Below are positions 49,816-60,178 of a stretch of DNA of 64,000 bases, piece after piece. A program made the translations under genes and the position numbers. The notes beneath the pieces are model-generated. The model searched no databases, was not told the origin of the DNA, and was given only the letters and a program-made list of their open reading frames with translations. The number at the start of each line of letters is the position of its first letter. Positions within the stretch are counted from its first letter, which is position 1. Origin of the DNA: a bacterium (lineage in GTDB: Bacteria; UBA8248); the NCBI GenBank assembly GCA_965202625.1, contig CBDBBI010000010.1, positions 416,001 to 480,000 of the forward strand, given 5' to 3'.

Positions 49816-50714
49816 GGCGCGTCGGGACTATTCGAATCGTTATCGCCCTCTTTTTGTCCCTCCTTGGCCTCTCCTCCAGGGTATCGGACGCGCAATCGAC
49901 GAAAATGGAGGCCACGCCCCCTGGAAGAAGGGCGGGAAACCCTGAGGCCACGACGACGGACCTCTCTCAACTCAAGCTGAGACGCAATATCCTCACCATT
50001 CGGCTGGAGAAGGGTTTTTTCGAGGTAGTAGAGATGATGTCCTTCGAGAACCAGGGAGGCGCCCCTATCGTCTCGAAAGACGGTGCTCCCACCCTGCGGT
50101 TTGTCTTACCCAGAAGCAGCAACGTCAGAAACCCCCGGGCGCGCTGGGGAGCGGCCCCCGTCGGCCTCGATCCCAAACTTCTCACCTTTTCGGGCGATGA
50201 GCTCCGTACGAGCGAGGTCATTCCGGCGGGGAGGAAATTCGTCGTTCTCATCTATCGTCTAGAGGATGAGTTCGGCGGCATCCGGGTCGAGAAGCCGATT
50301 CTTTACGACACGCCGAGTTTCGCCGTCTTGCCCGAGAAGGACCGCGTGCAAGCCTCCGCGCCCGCTCTTTTGGCGCAACCCCCCGTGACGTTTCAAAACA
50401 GGGAATACGACCGTCTCGTGGGCACGGTCAGCGCCGGCTCGGTGATGCGCATCGACATGCAGGCGCCGGATTCAATGGGTGGTCTCTGGGTTCTCTATGT
50501 CGTGGGGAGTCTGGTGGTCGCGGTAGGTCTGGGCCTTGGGCTTTACGTCCGAAAAAAGAGGAATGCGGCCTTCTCCGCCCAAGTGGAGCGCGAGGAGGTA
50601 TTGCGCGCCATTGCCTCCTTAGACGACGGGCTCGCAGAGGGAAATATCTCTTCTGATGAGCACGCCCGAGAGCGCCCGCCGCGCTTCGAGCGTCTGAAAG
50701 AACTGTCCTCCTGA
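49812..50714 (+). CDS. ccm-cluster exported/membrane hypothetical protein
   Basis: Signal peptide, C-terminal TM and the tail IASLDDGLAEGNISSDEH; located within the ccm operon. Confidence 0.65.
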   Translation: MRRVGTIRIVIALFLSLLGLSSRVSDAQSTKMEATPPGRRAGNPEATTTDLSQLKLRRNILTIRLEKGFFEVVEMMSFENQGGAPIVSKDGAPTLRFVLPRSSNVRNPRARWGAAPVGLDPKLLTFSGDELRTSEVIPAGRKFVVLIYRLEDEFGGIRVEKPILYDTPSFAVLPEKDRVQASAPALLAQPPVTFQNREYDRLVGTVSAGSVMRIDMQAPDSMGGLWVLYVVGSLVVAVGLGLGLYVRKKRNAAFSAQVEREEVLRAIASLDDGLAEGNISSDEHARERPPRFERLKELSS

Positions 50715-50727
50715 AGGGGTGCATCCC

Positions 50728-51432
50728 ATGCTGGAGGCTCGTGGTGTATCCAAGCGGTATGGATGGCGGTGGGCGCTGAAACACCTGAACCTCGCCGTCT
50801 CTGCCGGCGAAACTCTCGCTCTCTTGGGCAAAAACGGATCGGGCAAAACCACGCTTCTGAAAACACTTGCCGGCCTGCTGCGGCCCACCGAGGGGGTGGT
50901 GCGCCTCAGAGGCGAGCCGCTCTCCCGCGAGGCGAAAGCGGGAATCGGCCTCCTCTCGCACGAACCCATGCTCTATGCGGATCTGACGATACGGGAGAAC
51001 CTCGCATACTTCGCCAGACTTTTTGGAATGGCGCGCGCGGAGGCGTCGGAGAGGGTGAGTTGCCTGGCGGAGGCGTTCGGCGTCACGGGTCGCTTGGATG
51101 AGCCGGTGCGCGCCCTTAGTCAGGGTCTCGGTCGGCGCGCGGCGCTTGCGCGAACGCTTTTGCATGAACCCGAAGTCGTTCTGCTTGATGAGCCTTTTTC
51201 GGGGCTGGACCCTGAGGCCGCGCGGCGCCTTGAGGGCTTCGTGCGCGCGGTTTGCGACCTCGGCGGGCGTATAGTGGTGTTCACGACGCACGATGTGTCC
51301 AGGGCCTTCGAGGTGGCGGGCAGGATCGCCGTTTTATCCGGAGGCAAGCTTGTTTGTCAGGCGGAGGCTGGTAATTTGCGGCGAGCGGAGGTGTGTGCCG
51401 CGTTTGACGAAAACTATGTGAGCCTGGAATGA
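50728..51432 (+). CDS. ccmA: Heme ABC exporter ATP-binding subunit
   Basis: GKNGSGKTT, LSQG and LLDEPF; followed by ccmB and ccmC. Confidence 0.9.
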   Translation: MLEARGVSKRYGWRWALKHLNLAVSAGETLALLGKNGSGKTTLLKTLAGLLRPTEGVVRLRGEPLSREAKAGIGLLSHEPMLYADLTIRENLAYFARLFGMARAEASERVSCLAEAFGVTGRLDEPVRALSQGLGRRAALARTLLHEPEVVLLDEPFSGLDPEAARRLEGFVRAVCDLGGRIVVFTTHDVSRAFEVAGRIAVLSGGKLVCQAEAGNLRRAEVCAAFDENYVSLE

Positions 51433-52118
51433 GGCGTTTTTTCTCCCTCTTCTTCGCAGTGGTGGAGAAGGATTTGCGCCTCGAATGGCGCATGAAGGAG
51501 AGCGTCTTCATCATGGGGGTTTTTGCGCTTTTGGTGCTCACGCTTTTCAGCTTCGCGTTCGGCCCGGGTGGAGAAAGCATCGAGAACACGCGCTCCTTGC
51601 AAGCAGGGATCCTTTGGATAGCGTTTTTGTTCGCCTGCGTCATCGGGCTGTCGCGCACCATGGGCGTGGAGCGTGACAGCGCGGGGTTTTCCGCCATGTA
51701 CGCGAGCCCAGCGGAGCCCTCCGCCTTGTATCTGGGCAAGGTGGCGTCGGTGGCCGTTTTGATGGGGGTCATGGAGTTAGCGGGCTTTTTCGCTTTGGCG
51801 GTTCTTTACCGGGCCGACGTGTGGAAATCCGTCGGTGCGCTCGCGCTTATCGCGGGTGCCGCCACTTTGGGAATCGCGGGCGCGGGTACTTTGTTCTCCA
51901 CCATGAGCGTGCGCACGCGCACGCGCGAGGTCTTGCTGCCCGTTTTGATGTTTCCCTCCCTCGTCCCCGTTCTGATCGCTGCCGTGAAGGCGACCGAAGC
52001 CCATCTCGGCGGCGCAGGGTGGACGGACGCAAAGGATTGGCTTCGGTTGATGCTGGTGTATGATGTGATATTGCTGGTGTCTGCCTCGTTGGTGTTTGAA
52101 TATCTTTTAGAGGAATAA
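51429..52118 (+). CDS. ccmB: Heme exporter protein CcmB
   Basis: KDLRLEWR, GILWIAFLFA, LYLGK and REVLLPVLMFP. Confidence 0.92.
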   Translation: MRRFFSLFFAVVEKDLRLEWRMKESVFIMGVFALLVLTLFSFAFGPGGESIENTRSLQAGILWIAFLFACVIGLSRTMGVERDSAGFSAMYASPAEPSALYLGKVASVAVLMGVMELAGFFALAVLYRADVWKSVGALALIAGAATLGIAGAGTLFSTMSVRTRTREVLLPVLMFPSLVPVLIAAVKATEAHLGGAGWTDAKDWLRLMLVYDVILLVSASLVFEYLLEE

Positions 52119-52197
52119 TATCAATGGATTATGGGTTGACTTCCATGAATACGCTTTCTACGTTGGCGCCGCAAAGCCACGCCTGTGGGAGAAGTGT

Positions 52198-52896
52198 TTG
52201 ATGTATCGGGATGAACGTCTCTCCTTGAGGTGGCTTCCGCCTCTTACCTTGTGTCTCCTCGCTTTCGCCGTATTTGCGAATTTGTTCATCGCCGGCACGG
52301 ACAGACTCCAAGGCCCCCCCCAGCGTATTTTTTACGTCCATGTCCCATCGGCTTGGGTGGCGTTTTTTGCCTTTTTCCTGGTGTTCGTCTTCTCGATTCG
52401 ATATCTCGCGACAAGGCGTCCGGAAGATGACGTGAGGGCGCACGCCTGTGCCGAAGCGGGAGTCGTCTTTTGCTCTCTGGTGATCATCAGTGGACCGATA
52501 TGGGCGCGTCCGGTATGGGGCGTATGGTGGACGTGGGACGCGCGGCTTACCACTACGCTCATCCTGTGGATGATGTACGTCGGCTATCTGATGCTGCGCG
52601 CCTACATGGGTGAACCCGGCCGAAGGGCACGCTTCGCCGCAGTTCTGGGGATCATTGGATTTTTGAACGTGCCCATCGTCCACATGTCGGTGGAATGGTG
52701 GCGCACATTGCACCCCAAACCAGTGGTGGTGCGCTCGGGCGGACTGAGCGATTTGCCGGGTTCGATGCACGTCGCGTTGTGGAGCTCCTTGTTGGCTTTT
52801 ATGCTCTTGTTTGCGTGTTTCGTCAGAAAGCGTGTGCAAATCGAGCGTCTGAACATGCGGCTGGAGGAGGCCCGCGCCGCGCGAGAGGAGGCGTGA
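52198..52896 (+). CDS. ccmC: Heme exporter protein CcmC
   Basis: RIFYVHVPSAW, WARPVWGVWWTWDARLT and WWRTLHP. Confidence 0.95.
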   Translation: MMYRDERLSLRWLPPLTLCLLAFAVFANLFIAGTDRLQGPPQRIFYVHVPSAWVAFFAFFLVFVFSIRYLATRRPEDDVRAHACAEAGVVFCSLVIISGPIWARPVWGVWWTWDARLTTTLILWMMYVGYLMLRAYMGEPGRRARFAAVLGIIGFLNVPIVHMSVEWWRTLHPKPVVVRSGGLSDLPGSMHVALWSSLLAFMLLFACFVRKRVQIERLNMRLEEARAAREEA

Positions 52897-53027
52897 TGGG
52901 TTATGTGCAGGCGGCATATGTCGTTGTCCTCGGCGGATTTTTGCTTTACTGGTGGACGCTCAAGATGCGAATGGATACCTTGATTGAGGAGGAGAAAAAA
53001 CTGAACTCCCAAGGAGACTCCTCATGA
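52896..53027 (+). CDS. ccmD: CcmD-like small membrane protein (43 aa)
   Basis: MGYVQAAYVVVLGGFLLYWWTL...; ATG overlaps the ccmC TGA. Confidence 0.75.
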   Translation: MGYVQAAYVVVLGGFLLYWWTLKMRMDTLIEEEKKLNSQGDSS

Positions 53028-53517
53028 CGCGTTTTTGGCTCGCTTCGTGCTTGCTGGTCGCGATTTCTCTCTTCCAGCGGTGCCAGCAGCCGCGTCTGGC
53101 GCCAGGACCACTTTCTCCGAGGTGGCGAGCGCCATTATGAGTCCCGTTTGTCCAGGGAAATTGCTGCACGACTGCCCGAGCGGCGAGGGTGCCCAGCTCA
53201 GGGAACTCGTGCGCCGCAAGATATTCGCGGGCGAGACGAAAGAGCAGATAATTGAATATTTCGTCCAAACCTATGGGCGAGACGTCTTGCCCCACCCACC
53301 GGCGGAGGGTTTTTATCTGACTGCGTGGCTCCTCCCCTTCGGTGGGTTGCTGGCGGGGTTTGGCGTGGTGTTCGTCCTCGTAAGAGCGTGGACGATGCGC
53401 CCGGAAGGTGAGGGCGAAAGCGCGGAGCGGGGAGAGATGACTCAAAACCAGGACGCCGGTCTGGATGATCCGATGGAGAATCGCCTGCGGCGCGAGCTGG
53501 GCGATTTCGAGGGCTGA
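53024..53517 (+). CDS. ccmH: CcmH/NrfF-like protein, with an apparent 1-bp frameshift in the signal-peptide region
   Basis: SPVCPGKLLHDCPS and GETKEQIIEYFVQTYGRDVLPHPP. ATG 53024 gives the signal MTRFWLASCLLVAISLF, which needs +1 nt to join PAVPAAA. Confidence 0.75.
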
Positions 53518-53551
53518 ATCTTCATCCCCTTGAAAAGCGGGAGTTTTCAGG

Positions 53552-54232
53552 ATGTCCTATGATTTTAGGGCCGAGCTTGCGAGAAACGTTGATGGACTCT
53601 CGCGCTCCCCCGCGCGCGCCAGGTGGCGCCTTATTATAGCCATGATGGTCAGCCTCGTTCTGGTGGTCTTGGCGATGATGTATCTGAGAGATCTGGCGGA
53701 AGCGCCGGTGCAAAAAGAAGTGAGCAAACAAGAGGAGCGAACGCCCCCCGAAACGGGGGACGCCTTCTTGTTTCGGGACATGGGTTTTCTGCGGCAGGCG
53801 AAGCGTGCCGACGCACCGGAAATTCTCTCAAAAACGCTTGATAGCCGTAACCATTCGTTGAAACAGCACACAGGAAAGATCGTTCTGATAAACTTTTGGG
53901 CGACGTGGTGCCAGCCCTGCGTTCGGGAGATGCCCTCAATTGAGCGGCTTTATCAAAAATATAAGGCGCGAGGTTTTGAGATTGTGGCGGTATCGCTGGA
54001 CCAGAGCGATCATGATGAGGTGCGGGCTTTCGCCGAGAAGTTGAATCTGACTTTCCCCATCGTTCTGGACCCCGAGCACAAGGTGAAAGCCCTCTACAAG
54101 GTGCGGGGCCTGCCGACGACCTACCTCGTGGACAAAAAGGGCCAGGTGGCGGGGTATGGGGTAGGACCTCGGGAGTGGGACAACGAGGCGGCATACGCCT
54201 TGGTGGGGCATTTGCTCAATGAGAAAAACTGA
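53552..54232 (+). CDS. TlpA/CcmG-like thiol-disulfide oxidoreductase
   Basis: TM anchor, NFWATWCQPC, EMP and GLPTTY. Confidence 0.9.
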   Translation: MSYDFRAELARNVDGLSRSPARARWRLIIAMMVSLVLVVLAMMYLRDLAEAPVQKEVSKQEERTPPETGDAFLFRDMGFLRQAKRADAPEILSKTLDSRNHSLKQHTGKIVLINFWATWCQPCVREMPSIERLYQKYKARGFEIVAVSLDQSDHDEVRAFAEKLNLTFPIVLDPEHKVKALYKVRGLPTTYLVDKKGQVAGYGVGPREWDNEAAYALVGHLLNEKN

Positions 54233-54817
54233 AGACGTTCTTAAACGCGCTGCTCCCGATCAACGAAAAGCGAAAAGGCTGGCCGTTTCGTTTATATTGG
54301 TGCCCGTACTACTGACGCTGCTCTGGGGAGTGGGCGAGTACCTGGCGACGGAGCGGCCCGAGGGAGTGCTCGGGCCCAGCCCGGAGATCGGCGGCGCGGC
54401 CCCGCTGTTCGACTATCCGGTTCTGGGCGGGGGGCGTATTTCCCTGGCGGAGCAGAGGAATAAGGTGGTGCTCATCAACGTATGGGCCACATGGTGTGCC
54501 CCATGCCTGCAGGAGATGCCGGACTTGCAGCGTCTGTATGAGAGGCTGAAAAAGATGGCACGCCGTTTGAGATATTTGCGGTGAGCATCGACGCTCTAGG
54601 GGCGGACGCGGTCCGAAGTTTCGTGGGTCGTTTTGGTCTCACGTTTCCGGTTCTATTGGATCCGCGCGGGAGCGTGAAAAAACTGTATCGGACCACGGGC
54701 GTGCCGGAGACTTTCATCGTGGGGACTCAGGGCCGTCTTCTGCAAAAAATAATCGGCACGCGAAAATGGGACGCGCCGGCGGTTGTCGCTTACCTCAAGC
54801 GCGCGGCGCAATCCTGA
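54219..54817 (+). pseudogene. Second TlpA-like oxidoreductase, split by a 1-bp frameshift at A5 (54549-54553)
   Basis: NVWATWCAPC in the first ORF; adding one A gives LKKDGTPFEIFAVSIDA and continues into GVPETF. Confidence 0.8.
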
Positions 54818-54974
54818 ACGGGCGATCTCCAAGAGCGAAAGGCGAAAAAAAACGGCGGGGCCGGGGCGAGCGGCCTAGTAAAATCCGCGCACGCCTTGAA
54901 ATCCTCCTTTTTGGGGGTATGTGTGCCCCTTTCCGGCCTTCGAGGGGGGAGCCGTGCGCGCCTTCTCGCCCTTA

Positions 54975-56072
54975 TTAAATTTCAAAACCGAGCTCCATCT
55001 CCTCGTTCAGCCTTTGTATCTGTTCCAGAACGGCGGGGGTAATGGGGACGCCAATGTGTTTGTTTTCTTCCTCGGCGATCGCTTCCGGCTCGCCATGGAT
55101 GTAGATGCGATCGTGGCCGGGTGTCTTTCTAGCCCCCCGAATAGTTTCAAAGAGCTTTCCCATGTCGTGGAACGTGGCGGCCAAATCCCTGAAGCCGGCC
55201 GTCTTGATCGCGCCCATGAAGTGGCCGGTGGCGGATTTCGACGTGCCTGCCGCGCCCGCCATTCGGCTTTCCAAACCCGCGCCGGAGAGCGCACCGCAGA
55301 GAATCTCTACCATCAGCTGGAGGCCGTAGCCTTTGTGTCCCCCGTTCTCGTCCCCCTCGCCGCCCAGGGGCACCAGCGGCGTCTCGTAATTGAGGATACT
55401 GTTCTCGTTCAGAGTAGGTGTTCCTAGCGAGGAGAGCACCCAGCCCTTGGGGATTTCGCGCCCCTCCCGGAGTGCCGTCTCGATTTTGCCCACGGCGGTG
55501 ACGGAGGTGGCCATGTCGAGATGAAAATCGGTTCCTCCCGGTCCGCCCGGTATTGCCACACTCATCGGGTTCGTTCCGAAAATTGCTTCCGCGCCAAAGG
55601 TGGGGGCGGTGCGGCGCCCTCCGTTCGTCATGCTGATGCCGATGAAGCCCGCATCCATCGCTTTTTTCGCCCAATAGCCCGCATAGCCGAAGTGGCTGCT
55701 GTTCCGGACGGTAACGAAGCCCGATCCGTGCTTCTCCGCCATGGAGATAGACTCCTCCATCGCGCGGTTGGAGGCGACGATGCCGATGGCGTCGTCCGCG
55801 TCGAGAAGTCCGGTGGTGTCGCTTCCCCTGTGGAACTTCATAGCGGGCCTGGCGTTCAGCACGCCGTTTTCGAGCCGAAGCATGAAAAAACTCAAGCGCG
55901 CTGCCCCGTGGCTGCGGATGCCTCTCATATCCGCGCTCACCAGTACCTTCGCCACCAGCCTCGCGTCATTCTCAGGAACATCCTTGCTACGGAAGATGGC
56001 GTAGATGAATTCTTCGATGACTTGTGCGGGAAAACGCACTGTGCCTTCGGGCAGTGGTCCGGACTCAACCAT
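54975..56072 (-). CDS. Ldh_2-family oxidoreductase
   Basis: ADMRGIRSHG, NSSHFG, GTNPMS, LDMATS and HKGYGL. Confidence 0.92.
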   Translation of the reverse strand: MVESGPLPEGTVRFPAQVIEEFIYAIFRSKDVPENDARLVAKVLVSADMRGIRSHGAARLSFFMLRLENGVLNARPAMKFHRGSDTTGLLDADDAIGIVASNRAMEESISMAEKHGSGFVTVRNSSHFGYAGYWAKKAMDAGFIGISMTNGGRRTAPTFGAEAIFGTNPMSVAIPGGPGGTDFHLDMATSVTAVGKIETALREGREIPKGWVLSSLGTPTLNENSILNYETPLVPLGGEGDENGGHKGYGLQLMVEILCGALSGAGLESRMAGAAGTSKSATGHFMGAIKTAGFRDLAATFHDMGKLFETIRGARKTPGHDRIYIHGEPEAIAEEENKHIGVPITPAVLEQIQRLNEEMELGFEI

Positions 56073-56253
56073 GAAAACCTCCTCGAAAATTTTGGCGATG
56101 CGGTTGATTTCTCGCTATTTTAGTCTTTTTCTGAGGTTTTTGCGAAATCGCTCCCACCTGCGCCTCACCTTGCGGTGCGCGCCCTTGTTTTGTCAAAATG
56201 CGCCTCTTTTCTCAGAGAGTGCGGAGAAGTGACTGCGCGATGAAAGGTGAGAC

Positions 56254-57306
56254 ATGAAAACGGCCCGTATAGCGGTGGTGCGCGGAGACGGAATCGCTCA
56301 CGAGGTGATGCCCGAGGCGGAGGAGACGCTCAGGGCCGCGGCCGAGGCGGCCTCGTTTTCCGTTGCGTTTGAATACTTCGACTGGGGGAGCGAGCGCTAC
56401 CTGAAAGAGGGCAGGGGGATGCCCAAGGATGGATGCGATGCACTTCGGGGGTTCGACGCCGTGTTTCAGGGGGCGGTTGGCGATCCGAGGGTTCCGGGTT
56501 CGATCGTGCAGGAGCAGGTGATTCTGGGCGTTCGCTTCGGGCTCGACCTCTACACCAACATCCGGCCATGCAGGCTGTATCATACGGACTTGACGCCGCT
56601 CAAGAACTTGGGCGCGGGCGATGTCGACCATGTGGTTGTTCGGGAGAACACGGAGGGCCTGTTCGCCAACGTGGGCGGTTTCTTCAAGCAAGGGACGAAA
56701 GACGAGGTCGCTTTTCAAGAAGAGGTGCACACCTACAAGGGGGTGGAGCGCGTCATTCGGGCGTCGTTCGCGTTCGCCAGACGCCATGGGAGAAGAAAGG
56801 TCACCATGGCGGACAAGGCGAGCGGACTTCGCTACGCGGGGGGAATATGGCGCCGCGTTTTTGAGGAGGTGAGGGCGGATTTTGGCGATATCGAATCAGA
56901 GGCGCGGCACATCGACGCGGTGGCGATGGAGGTGATTCAGCATCCTAAGGACTTCGACGTCATCGTCACCAACAACATGTTTGGCGACATTCTGAGCGAC
57001 GTCACCTCCGCTCTCGTGGGCGGCCTGGGCCTGGCGCCTTCGGCGAACGTGAACCTTGAGGGGGTCTCGATGTTCGAGCCGGTACACGGCACGGCTCCCG
57101 ACATCCATGGACGCGGCGTCGCGAACCCCATGGCGGCTATCCTCACGGGCGCCCTTTTGCTGGATCATCTCGACTGTGAGGCGGGCGGCGGCGCCATTCG
57201 GCGCGCGGTGGAGGAGGCCATCCGTCATGGGGAGCGCACTCCGGACCTGGGAGGCGATTTGCGCACGAGAGAATGTGGGGACGCAGTCCGAAACAGATTG
57301 AGGTAA
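56254..57306 (+). CDS. Isopropylmalate/tartrate dehydrogenase-family protein
   Basis: GDGIAHEV, RENTEG, NMFGDILSD, FEPVHGTAPDI and NPMAAIL. Confidence 0.92.
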   Translation: MKTARIAVVRGDGIAHEVMPEAEETLRAAAEAASFSVAFEYFDWGSERYLKEGRGMPKDGCDALRGFDAVFQGAVGDPRVPGSIVQEQVILGVRFGLDLYTNIRPCRLYHTDLTPLKNLGAGDVDHVVVRENTEGLFANVGGFFKQGTKDEVAFQEEVHTYKGVERVIRASFAFARRHGRRKVTMADKASGLRYAGGIWRRVFEEVRADFGDIESEARHIDAVAMEVIQHPKDFDVIVTNNMFGDILSDVTSALVGGLGLAPSANVNLEGVSMFEPVHGTAPDIHGRGVANPMAAILTGALLLDHLDCEAGGGAIRRAVEEAIRHGERTPDLGGDLRTRECGDAVRNRLR

Positions 57307-57345
57307 AAATGTCTTGCGGCGAATTATTCACGCAGTGTATAGGGG

Positions 57346-57711
57346 ATGAAAATGCCGAAAAAATCCGTGATGGACGTTGAGAAAGCCCCTTTCAGTCCGG
57401 TGGACTGGGGGCAGACGAAGATTCTGGTGAGCCCGGACGCGAACGGCTCCGAGCACGTCCGCGTGGGACTCACCGAATACCATCCCGACACTCCACACGA
57501 GCCGCACGCCCACCCCGGGCAGGAGGAAGTCATTTGGGTGTTGAGCGGGCGGGGCTATACGGAGACGAAGGGCGAGAAAATCGACCTCTATCCGGGGGCG
57601 GTGGCGTTCATTCCCGCCGGTATGGAGCACAAGACGGCGGCGGTGGACAATACGATGCGGGCGATCATTATCAAGGGCCCGGTCCGCGACGCCGACGGGG
57701 TGACGAGCTAG
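57346..57711 (+). CDS. Cupin-domain protein
   Basis: HAHPGQEE...G and FIPAGMEH. Confidence 0.88.
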   Translation: MKMPKKSVMDVEKAPFSPVDWGQTKILVSPDANGSEHVRVGLTEYHPDTPHEPHAHPGQEEVIWVLSGRGYTETKGEKIDLYPGAVAFIPAGMEHKTAAVDNTMRAIIIKGPVRDADGVTS

Positions 57712-58018
57712 AAAGTTAGAACAAAGTAACCGTATGCTTGACGCGCATCATCGCGCCTCTCGTCTTTGCACTTTGCCCTGTCACTCCTGAATATCGGATC
57801 GGCACCTTTCTAAAGCGTTTCCATAGGCCGTGTGAGAGCACCACCGAATGGCCAATGTTGAACGTGTTTGTCGCTTAAATGAAATGGTGGCTCACTTCGC
57901 AGCGACGGGAAATGGTCGCAACAGTGAAATGATGAATGGCGTCTTGTTCGGCTCGCTCGTCGGGGCTGAAAGAGCGTTTTTTAGAGGTTTTTGAGACGTC
58001 CGCCACGCCCATCACGCA

Positions 58019-59065
58019 TCACGACGCGGCCAGCGCAACCCGCTCTCCCTGAGCTTCGAATTTCGTCCCAAAAGGCTCATTGAGGGTTTTCATGACGTCC
58101 ATGATTCTGCGGCCCGCTCCACGTTTTGGGGAATGGAGCCTGGGTCTTGAGAATACGCCGGCCGTCGCAGGAATGAAGTAGGGTTCCTTCACGCCGGCAT
58201 GGGTCAGCGCGCAGCCGAACAGGAAGGTGTCGTGGGTCTCTTCCGTGAAGAAGGAAATCTCGAAATCAAACATGAGGTTTCCCATGCTATAGACGATGGG
58301 CGCACCTTTATAGAATTCGACCGCTTGGAGAACGTGCGGATGGCCGCCCAAAATGAGGTGTGCGCCTGCGTCGACTGCCGCGTGGGCGATTTCGCGCTGA
58401 AAATCCATGACCGCGCGCGTCATGCTCACTCCCCAGTGGTGGTTCACAATCACGACGTCGGCTTCTTTTCGGAGATTTCTTATCTCGCGCTTCATTCGCG
58501 CAAGATGGGCGGGTTCCGCCCATGTGTCGATATGAGGCGCAGTGCCCGGATACTCGGAAAGGTCGCGCCAGGGGCGATAGCCGGTATGGGCGCGGACGGG
58601 GTTCACCCCCGGAGCGTCAGCCGTCGCTTCGAACCCTCTCGGTATGACGGAGCAATATGCCAGAAAGCCGACTGTGAGGTTTCCGCGCTCCAGGAGTAGG
58701 GGTTTTCTCGCCTCCTCAAGGCGCATCCCTCCACCGACGAGCGGAATTTCGTGCGAATCCATGAGCGTCAGAGTTTCCGCGAAAGCTTCCTCTCCATAGT
58801 CGAGGACATGGTTGTTCGCAAAGGCCATAGCGTCGAAACCGGCCTCGGCGAGGGCGTGCGCCATATCCGGCGCGCCGCGCAAAAGTATTTTCTCAGATTG
58901 AGGTTTTCCGCCGTGAGACAGGGGGAGTTCTAGGTTGGCGAAGGAGACGTCGGCGTCTCGAAGGAGGGGAATAAGACCGCCGAATGCGCCTTTGGGATCG
59001 GCGCGGTTGATGGCGACATCTCCACCTGCCAGAAACTTGATCTCGCTTCTCTCACGGGAGGACAG
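58019..59065 (-). CDS. CapA/PGA_cap-family metallophosphoesterase; likely CTG start
   Basis: The frame extends upstream of the called start to include GGDV and ANLE; also ANNHVLDYG, HWG, GGHPHVLQ and YSMGN. Confidence 0.85.
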   Translation of the reverse strand: MSSRERSEIKFLAGGDVAINRADPKGAFGGLIPLLRDADVSFANLELPLSHGGKPQSEKILLRGAPDMAHALAEAGFDAMAFANNHVLDYGEEAFAETLTLMDSHEIPLVGGGMRLEEARKPLLLERGNLTVGFLAYCSVIPRGFEATADAPGVNPVRAHTGYRPWRDLSEYPGTAPHIDTWAEPAHLARMKREIRNLRKEADVVIVNHHWGVSMTRAVMDFQREIAHAAVDAGAHLILGGHPHVLQAVEFYKGAPIVYSMGNLMFDFEISFFTEETHDTFLFGCALTHAGVKEPYFIPATAGVFSRPRLHSPKRGAGRRIMDVMKTLNEPFGTKFEAQGERVALAAS

Positions 59066-59069
59066 GGGG

Positions 59070-60167
59070 CTATTCCGTCAGGCAAAGGCCGTGATCCGGC
59101 ATGAAGGAGAGATAGACCTTTTGGCCAAGTGCCAGCTGCTCAAAGTGGTCGATTTGAACGCCTACCTCGTGTGGGCCGACCCTGACTTGGCAGTCTAAAA
59201 AGTTGCCCAGGTATACGGTGTCGATCACCTCGCCTTCCATCAGGTTTACTACGCCAACGGGTTTTTCGAGGTGAAGAACAATGTCTTCGGGGCGGATGCT
59301 CAGGATAATTTTTCCTCCGACAGACGCGCTTTGCGCACCGACAGCCTTGAGGCGGATGGGCGCGTTTTCATCACCGAGGGGAATTTCCATGTCCGCCGCG
59401 CTTGCGTCGTGGCCGAGCAGCTTCCCTTCCAGGAGATTTGCCACGCCAATGAAATTTGCCACGAATGCATTCGCCGGCTCGGCGTAGATGGTCTCCGGGT
59501 CTCCGATTTGCTGGATGACGCCCTTGTCCATTACCACGACCTTGTCGCTCATGACGAGCGCCTCGGTCTGATCGTGTGTTACGTAGATAGAGGTGATGCC
59601 CACGTCATGTTGCAAGCGCGTGAGTTCGATGCGCATCTGCTCCCTGAGCTTGGCGTCGAGGTTGCTCAGGGGTTCGTCGAACAGCACCACCTTCGGGTTG
59701 TAGACGATGGCGCGGGCGAGGGCGACGCGCTGCCGCTGCCCGCCGGAGAGGTTCGTGGCGTAGCGCTTGGCGAAATAGCCGAGGCCCACGAGGTCGAGTG
59801 CTTTCTTGGTCTTTTCCCGGATGACGGCCTTCGATTCGCGCCTTACCCGCAGGCCGTAGGCCACGTTGTCGAAAACCGTCATATGCGGCCAGACGGCGTA
59901 GCTCTGAAAGACCATGCCGAGGTTTCTCTCCTCTGGCGTCAGGAAAACGTCGTTTTCAACGGATGTGACGTATTCCCCCTCAATTTGAATATCTCCACTA
60001 TCAGGGTGTTCAAGGCCGGCGATGCACCTGAGCGTCGTGGTTTTTCCGCAACCCGAAGGCCCTAGTAGGGTGACGAACTCCCCTTGAGCCACGGAGAGGT
60101 CAATACCCGCGACAGCCATTTCCGGCCCGAATGATTTCACCAACTTGCTGATCTCTACGAATGACAC
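59070..60167 (-). CDS. ABC transporter ATP-binding protein (FbpC/PotA family, TOBE domain)
   Basis: GPSGCGKTT, LSGGQRQR and FDEPLSNLDAKLRE. Confidence 0.93.
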   Translation of the reverse strand: MSFVEISKLVKSFGPEMAVAGIDLSVAQGEFVTLLGPSGCGKTTTLRCIAGLEHPDSGDIQIEGEYVTSVENDVFLTPEERNLGMVFQSYAVWPHMTVFDNVAYGLRVRRESKAVIREKTKKALDLVGLGYFAKRYATNLSGGQRQRVALARAIVYNPKVVLFDEPLSNLDAKLREQMRIELTRLQHDVGITSIYVTHDQTEALVMSDKVVVMDKGVIQQIGDPETIYAEPANAFVANFIGVANLLEGKLLGHDASAADMEIPLGDENAPIRLKAVGAQSASVGGKIILSIRPEDIVLHLEKPVGVVNLMEGEVIDTVYLGNFLDCQVRVGPHEVGVQIDHFEQLALGQKVYLSFMPDHGLCLTE

Positions 60168-60178
60168 CTTGTCGTCCT

